Shown piece after piece: positions 28,701-32,000 of a stretch of DNA of 32,000 nucleotides. The notes beneath the pieces are model-generated. The model saw only the letters and a list, made by a program, of their open reading frames with translations. It was not told the origin of the DNA and made no database searches. Made by a program: the position numbers and the translations under genes. This DNA is from Propionibacterium ruminifibrarum. Lineage in GTDB: Bacteria > Actinomycetota > Actinomycetes > Propionibacteriales > Propionibacteriaceae. The stretch covers positions 90,001 to 122,000 of the forward strand of contig NZ_OMOH01000005.1 of the NCBI RefSeq assembly GCF_900289195.1, given 5' to 3'. Within the stretch, counting starts at the first letter, position 1. Each line of letters starts with the position of its first letter.

Positions 28701-31160
28701 ATCAAGATCATGAAGCAGATGGAGCATCGTCAGATGGCTGGGTCCCTGCATTCGCAGGACGTGAACCCGCGCATCCAGTTGGCAGGTACCGGGCTGGAAA
28801 TCGTCCAGTCACTAACGTCATGGACTGCCGAGCCCAAGTTTGCCGGCACCAGTTCATTTGGTGCTGGTGGTTCGAACGCCCACGTTATTCTGCGGGAGCC
28901 ATTCCCGAGGCTGCTGGCAGCGGACGACCCTGAAGAGTTCGAGGACCGCCATTTGTGGCCCTTCCTGCTCAGCGCAGCCGATGAGAAGGCACTTGGGCAG
29001 GTTGTGGACCAGTTTATTAGTTGGGTCCGCGACAACGACCACGATCTACGAACCATCGCTCTCGAACTCGACGCATGTCGAACTGCCTTGGACGAACGTC
29101 TGTGCGTGTTCGCGGCGGATCGTCAGGGACTCGTGAGTGCGCTCGAATCCATGCGGTCCGGTGTCGTTGGTGACACCGTGCTCAGGGGTTCGGTGCGGGA
29201 CATCAATCCGGTGGATGCATCCACGGTGGGTCGTGGCATCCCGGCTGCTGATCTGCGTCGAGGGTTGGACTGGATCCGAGGGGTGGACGTGGACTGGCGC
29301 CTTGGGGAACTGCCCCGCCATTCCCGTCTCAATCTGCCGCTGTATCCCTTCCAGCACAAGCAATATCACGTCACCTTGTCCGCTCAACCACCACAGTCTG
29401 GAGACCAAGTCGTGACCAGGACGATTCAACGAATTAACTTCCTTCGTGACATCCCCCGTGGTGCATACGGTCACAATGCGGACGGATCCGAGGTACTCGT
29501 CCAGGAACGCCCCCACGACGGGGTGACCGTGCTGAGGATGAACAACGTTGCCCAGTCGAACCTGCTCGACTCACCTTTGTATCTCGCACTGTCCGAAGCA
29601 TTCCACAGGATCAACCAGGATGATACGGTCAAGGTCGTCGTCCTCACAGGAACCGACAGGGTCTTCTGTATGGGAGGCGTTCAGCAGTACCTCGACGAGA
29701 TCGTGTCGGGTGACGTCACCTGCTCAGAGGCGCGAATGATCTACCTTGGGTTACCTTCGGTGAGGGTGCCCGTGATTGCAGCGGTTTCCGGTCATGCTCA
29801 TGGGGGTGGACTCACCTTGGGTCTGTCAGCGGACATTCCGGTGCTTGCCGAGGAATCCCTGTACGCGGCTCCGTTCATGAATCTCAACTTAACCCCTGGT
29901 GCCGGGTCGACATATTTCTTCGCCAAACGTTTTGGCCAGGAGTTGGCCAACGAGATGTTCTACACCGGTCGGGACTACACCGGCGCCGAGATAAAGCAAC
30001 TGTGCCCATCGATGAGGGTGATGCCAAAGGCTGCGGTGATGGACGAGGCGATGAGAATCGCCCGCGGAATCTCGAAGAAATCCTTGAAGGCGCTGTTCCT
30101 GCTTAAGCGTACACAGAGTGACAAGGTGTTCGAGGAATTGCCCGATCACATCGCCCGTGAAGCTGCGATGCAGCAGGAACTCTTCTCCGCTGAGCAGATT
30201 GAGGTGGCGCGTGACAAGATCGCCAAGGCCTTCCGGATACCGGATCGACTAGTCGAGGAGAACGGCCTGCACGCAGCCTGTGGTGCAGCCACCGTTCCAG
30301 CGCCCACCGCTGCGGAGGATCGTTTGCCCGGTCAGACCGTGTCGTTGCGTCCGCTGACGGCCGCAGGGGGTCCTGTTCGGATGTCTACCCAGGGCGCGTC
30401 CGGCGTTCGTCTGGCTGAACTGCGAGTTGCGAAGGCCGTCGCTGATGAGTCCCAGCAGCCGCGGACCGTCGAGGTACGACACATCGAATCGAATCAGGAA
30501 GCTATGGGTCGGATTCTGGCGCAGATACTGCGCGAGGACTTGCGCGCTTTGGACTTGCGTCGCAGCGTGACTGACCTTGGGCTCGATTCTGTAGGGGCGA
30601 TCGAATTTATCCAACAGGTTAACCAGCGTTTCCACTCGTCCTTCGATACCACTGTTATTTACCAGTACCCGAGGGCCATGGACTTGCTCGAGGGGATCGC
30701 CGCCGCCGTGGCAGCAGACGACATCTCACTCGAACATGTCGATGTCGAACTGAACCGTGATGGCGTGCAGTCGATCTCCCCATCAAGGTCCGGTGCATCA
30801 GCGAAACTTCAGGAGGACGGCATTCGAAACCATGTTTTGGAGGCGCTGCGCGTGGTGTTGCGTCTTGATGCTGACGAGGCTCTCGACCTTCGGAAGAACT
30901 TCCAGGAACTGGGGCTGGACTCGGTGTCGGGCATCGAATTCGTCAGTGCCGTCAACACTAAGCTTGGAACTGCTATGCAGGCGGCCGATCTGTACGGCTA
31001 CGGCAGTGTCTGGGAGTTCATCACTGACATCACCGTTGCCGTACCGGCCGGTGACGCCCTGACCGCACAGCGTGACGACGAGATCGGTGCAGTGCTTGCG
31101 GCCCTCACTGATAATCGGCTCAGTATTGAGGGTGCTATCTCTGCGATGGAGCAAAAATGA
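25788..31160 (+). CDS. trans-AT polyketide synthase 2: KR-ACP-KS-ECH-ACP-ACP
   Basis: It is a 1790-aa ORF. ATG 25788 lies 7 nt after AAAGGA and overlaps the PKS1 stop by 11 nt. The domain motifs are listed under the sub-features. Confidence 0.95.
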   Translation: MSAELIREWILKGIRSGLLEPARGVELINSGAHLNTRLGRLVRVPAPLSGSHSRSVGRRLDISGSRASTWDDALRAARERDGAYPQTVVIRGIDDADRAMPLVVFDALRRLITQSLENSRGEQLRLICAVDNDSALAEGLAAMFASANSEENLLAATVVSGNWTEDILTAAACMQGPVDAHWTVDAMQIFGDRLEMRRLDTAPLEGIVRTGGTYVIAGGLGALGFALSRHLSRTYQARLVLIGTRPKADVETRMEALRKLGGDPEYMVVDLSREDATGRLLEALEGHSEVRGVVQCAGVTSDALLRQAPAESVAQVINTKVRGVAALDAATAGCQLDFFAAFSSISGLLGNFGQSDYAFANAYQMGWMRERAARVAAGDRHGRSVAIAWPFWEDGGISAPRQAVNRLTRDLGIEPLQTWLGMGLFETALTSDEPVFAPVTGSDLRIPTGIPAEAPKQPVSRQEAADVRSRFVSHLVQVYATVYEVPADEIRPEVNLQSYGLDSVLVSKVAARLVRIIPNLPTSVFFDCSTIDEIADRLLDKFPEQLADQFGSMASIPAEQPVTEPAHDVTSEVPAGSPLCTNVMASDMDLVTAPVDDRGSGKCHRTVHQNRRGIAIVGYAAQMAGADNAEEIWQTLAEGLDRVSTFPASRRTDLVGNNSVPLQFEQVAEVDWHQPGSFIDDPWGFDARFFGVSAREARCMDPQERVALEKTWQAFEDAGITPEAAAESTDGDVGVFAAMTNFTHYLLGAHGIASDSYIPQSSGWSLANRISSAFDFHGPSQCVDTGCSSSLYALVQACQALTQGDCRMAVVTAANLYLHPLKFAMLRERNMLSDKGRCFTFGANADGFVPAEGAASLILRPVEDAERDGDDIKAVVWSWAVNHGGSTHGYTVPSPKLQASVIRKALEAGDLSADQVSLIEAHGTGTPLGDPIEIEGLTDVFSDVARETPLFVSSIKSNFGHAESMAGLASVIKIMKQMEHRQMAGSLHSQDVNPRIQLAGTGLEIVQSLTSWTAEPKFAGTSSFGAGGSNAHVILREPFPRLLAADDPEEFEDRHLWPFLLSAADEKALGQVVDQFISWVRDNDHDLRTIALELDACRTALDERLCVFAADRQGLVSALESMRSGVVGDTVLRGSVRDINPVDASTVGRGIPAADLRRGLDWIRGVDVDWRLGELPRHSRLNLPLYPFQHKQYHVTLSAQPPQSGDQVVTRTIQRINFLRDIPRGAYGHNADGSEVLVQERPHDGVTVLRMNNVAQSNLLDSPLYLALSEAFHRINQDDTVKVVVLTGTDRVFCMGGVQQYLDEIVSGDVTCSEARMIYLGLPSVRVPVIAAVSGHAHGGGLTLGLSADIPVLAEESLYAAPFMNLNLTPGAGSTYFFAKRFGQELANEMFYTGRDYTGAEIKQLCPSMRVMPKAAVMDEAMRIARGISKKSLKALFLLKRTQSDKVFEELPDHIAREAAMQQELFSAEQIEVARDKIAKAFRIPDRLVEENGLHAACGAATVPAPTAAEDRLPGQTVSLRPLTAAGGPVRMSTQGASGVRLAELRVAKAVADESQQPRTVEVRHIESNQEAMGRILAQILREDLRALDLRRSVTDLGLDSVGAIEFIQQVNQRFHSSFDTTVIYQYPRAMDLLEGIAAAVAADDISLEHVDVELNRDGVQSISPSRSGASAKLQEDGIRNHVLEALRVVLRLDADEALDLRKNFQELGLDSVSGIEFVSAVNTKLGTAMQAADLYGYGSVWEFITDITVAVPAGDALTAQRDDEIGAVLAALTDNRLSIEGAISAMEQK
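26030..27100 (+). other. KR2 domain
   Basis: TYVIAGGLGALGFAL, VVDLSRED, VVQCAGVTSDALL (Asp retained at the LDD position), SSISGLLGNFGQSDYAFANAY. Confidence 0.85.
27190..27420 (+). other. ACP3 domain
   Basis: VNLQSYGLDSVLVSKVAARL; Ser codon 27294-27296. Confidence 0.9.
27621..28899 (+). other. KS4 domain
   Basis: GIAIVGYAA...DPQERVALE...CVDTGCSSSLYA (Cys codon 28146-28148)...EAHGTGTPLGDPIE...KSNFGHAESMAG...GAGGSNAHVIL. Confidence 0.9.
29490..30240 (+). other. Integrated enoyl-CoA hydratase (crotonase) domain, ECH2-type
   Basis: VTVLRMNNVAQSNLLDSPLYLALSEAFHRINQDDTVKVVVLTGTDRVFCMGG...VSGHAHGGGLTLGLSADIPVLAEESLYAAPFMNLNLTPGAGSTYF. It lies after the KS4 linker (LPLYPFQHKQYHV) and before the tandem ACPs. 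Confidence 0.85.
30480..30707 (+). other. ACP4 domain (first of tandem pair)
   Basis: RRSVTDLGLDSVGAIEFIQQVNQRF; Ser codon 30588-30590. Confidence 0.9.
30816..31037 (+). other. ACP5 domain (second of tandem pair)
   Basis: RKNFQELGLDSVSGIEFVSAVNTKL; Ser codon 30921-30923. Confidence 0.9.
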
Positions 31161-32000
31161 ACCAGGAATTGGCTAGGTCTATCCTTGAGAAGGTCCGTGA
31201 TGGCCGACTTGATTCTCAGGTAGCGGCTGAATTATTGAGGGCAACCGCCGTCGCGCCCGAACCAGTTGGGGATCTTGATTCCTCACCGGGAACTGACGAG
31301 CCGATCGCCGTGATCGGAATGTCGGGGGTATTCCCGGACTCGCCTGACATCGATTCGTTGTGGGACCACCTCGTGAACCATCGAGACATGGTGCGCGAGG
31401 TGGAACCCTGGCGTTGGGACCCGAGTATCCACTATTCGCCCGAGCGTCCCGGTACCAGCGGCCCCGACTGCAAGTGGCAGGGCATGGTGCCTGATGTCGA
31501 CAGGTTCGATCCGCTGTTCTTCTCGATCTCCCCCAAGGAGGCCGAGGTTATGGATCCCCAACAGCGACTCCTCCTCCAGGAGGCCTGGCGGGCGGTCGAA
31601 GATGCGGGGTACACACCCACGCAACTGAGCAGTGGGACGTGTGGGGTGTACATCGGGGCCAATCACGGCGACTACGAGTTCAGGCTGGATCACAGTGCAT
31701 CCGAGCTGGCCGCACAGACGATGACAGGCTCACTGACATCAATCCTGGCAGCTCGGGTCTCGTACCACATGAACCTTACCGGCCCGAATCTTGCGATCGA
31801 TACCGCCTGCTCCTCATCACTAGTGGCACTGTGCCTGGCTGCGGAGGCGCTTCGCAAGGGAGAATGCGACACGGCTCTGGCTGGCGGCGTTGCGATCTTT
31901 ACAACGGAGCGCCTGTTCGTCATGGCTAGTCGAGGAGGCATGCTCTCCCGCACTGGGCACTGCCATGCCTTCGACGATGACGGCGATGGATTCGTCCCCT
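31157..32000 (+). CDS. Polyketide synthase 3 (5' partial; N-terminal docking helix plus KS5; continues beyond the window)
   Basis: It is not in the ORF track because no stop is reached. ATG 31157 overlaps the PKS2 TGA (ATGA). My own translation reads MNQELARSILEKVRDGRLDSQVAAELLRA...DEPIAVIGMSGVFP...FFSISPKEAEVMDPQQRLLLQEAW...AIDTACSSSLVALCLAAEAL (Cys codon 31808-31810)...HCHAFDDDGDGFVP. Confidence 0.9.
   Translation, partial: MNQELARSILEKVRDGRLDSQVAAELLRATAVAPEPVGDLDSSPGTDEPIAVIGMSGVFPDSPDIDSLWDHLVNHRDMVREVEPWRWDPSIHYSPERPGTSGPDCKWQGMVPDVDRFDPLFFSISPKEAEVMDPQQRLLLQEAWRAVEDAGYTPTQLSSGTCGVYIGANHGDYEFRLDHSASELAAQTMTGSLTSILAARVSYHMNLTGPNLAIDTACSSSLVALCLAAEALRKGECDTALAGGVAIFTTERLFVMASRGGMLSRTGHCHAFDDDGDGFVP
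31295..32000 (+). other. KS5 domain (truncated by window end)
   Basis: It has the EPIAVIGMSG, DPQQRLLLQ and DTACSSS motifs. The HGTGT region lies beyond nt 32000. Confidence 0.85.

Noticed and set aside
15845-31154. Many long antisense or out-of-frame ORFs inside the PKS genes, for example 20669-21790 (-, 373 aa), 18989-19894 (-, 301 aa), 18628-19320 (-), 24737-25384 (-), 26265-26930 (-), 28167-28751 (-), 22239-22799 (+).
   Set aside because: They overlap frames that encode unmistakable KS/DH/KR/ACP motifs. Their translations are Arg/Pro/Gly/Ser-rich low-complexity strings typical of off-frame reading of GC-rich DNA. No start-site or family signal was seen.
1-32000. Search by eye for rRNA, tRNA, CRISPR repeats, thioesterase, methyltransferase, NRPS (A/C) domains and cluster-situated regulators.
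   Set aside because: None was found. There are no regularly spaced short repeats. There are no cloverleaf-like or rRNA-like conserved stretches in the few non-coding gaps. No GxSxG TE, SAM-binding or A/C-domain motifs appear in the translated frames. Absence is limited to this window.

Overview
The DNA is high-GC and looks actinobacterial. That is an inference from G/C-rich third codon positions, frequent GTG/TTG starts and the look of the IS proteins; the organism cannot be named from this window. The window has two parts.

(A) nt 1-2900. This part holds the 3' end of an unidentified gene, then ~370 nt with only a frameshifted ORF remnant. It then holds an IS5-family-like insertion sequence with 18/20-matching terminal inverted repeats at 501-520 and 2865-2884. 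Its DDE transposase gene is split by a nested ~1.47-kb IS110-family element (837-2305), which carries an intact transposase (854-2080).

(B) nt 2913-32000, continuing past the window end. This is a trans-AT type I polyketide synthase (PKS) cluster. It is laid out as two divergent, translationally coupled operons around a ~350-430-bp control region. That region contains a perfect palindrome with 35-bp arms (12921-12994).
- Minus operon (12.8 kb down to 2.9 kb): discrete AT-ER didomain protein; FtsX/MacB-type ABC exporter (ATPase plus two permeases); discrete ACP; Cys->Ser decarboxylating KS; Sfp-type PPTase; MBL-fold hydrolase; and an atypical AT-like protein (GTSLG instead of GHSxG).
- Plus operon: HMG-CoA-synthase-like HMGS, free-standing ECH1 crotonase, then three megasynthase genes.
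- PKS1 (3502 aa): KS-AT0 relic-DH-KR-ACP-KS-[ACP-like insert]-DH-ACP-KS.
- PKS2 (1790 aa): KR-ACP-KS-ECH-ACP-ACP.
- PKS3: only the first 844 nt (docking helix plus KS). It is absent from the supplied ORF track because it runs off the window.

Together these genes give a complete HMGS beta-branching cassette. I saw no rRNA, tRNA or CRISPR array.

Most noteworthy observations:
- A full-length but dead cis-AT-like domain sits inside module 1 of a trans-AT line.
- A carrier-protein-like insertion lies inside the KS2 flanking linker.
- A DH module lacks a KR.
- The AT-like protein has a GTSLG motif.
- The 35-bp-arm palindrome lies between the two operons.
- The IS110 5' non-coding end contains exact matches to this copy's own insertion-site flank and to its own right end. 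This is the pattern expected of an IS110 bridge/seek RNA.
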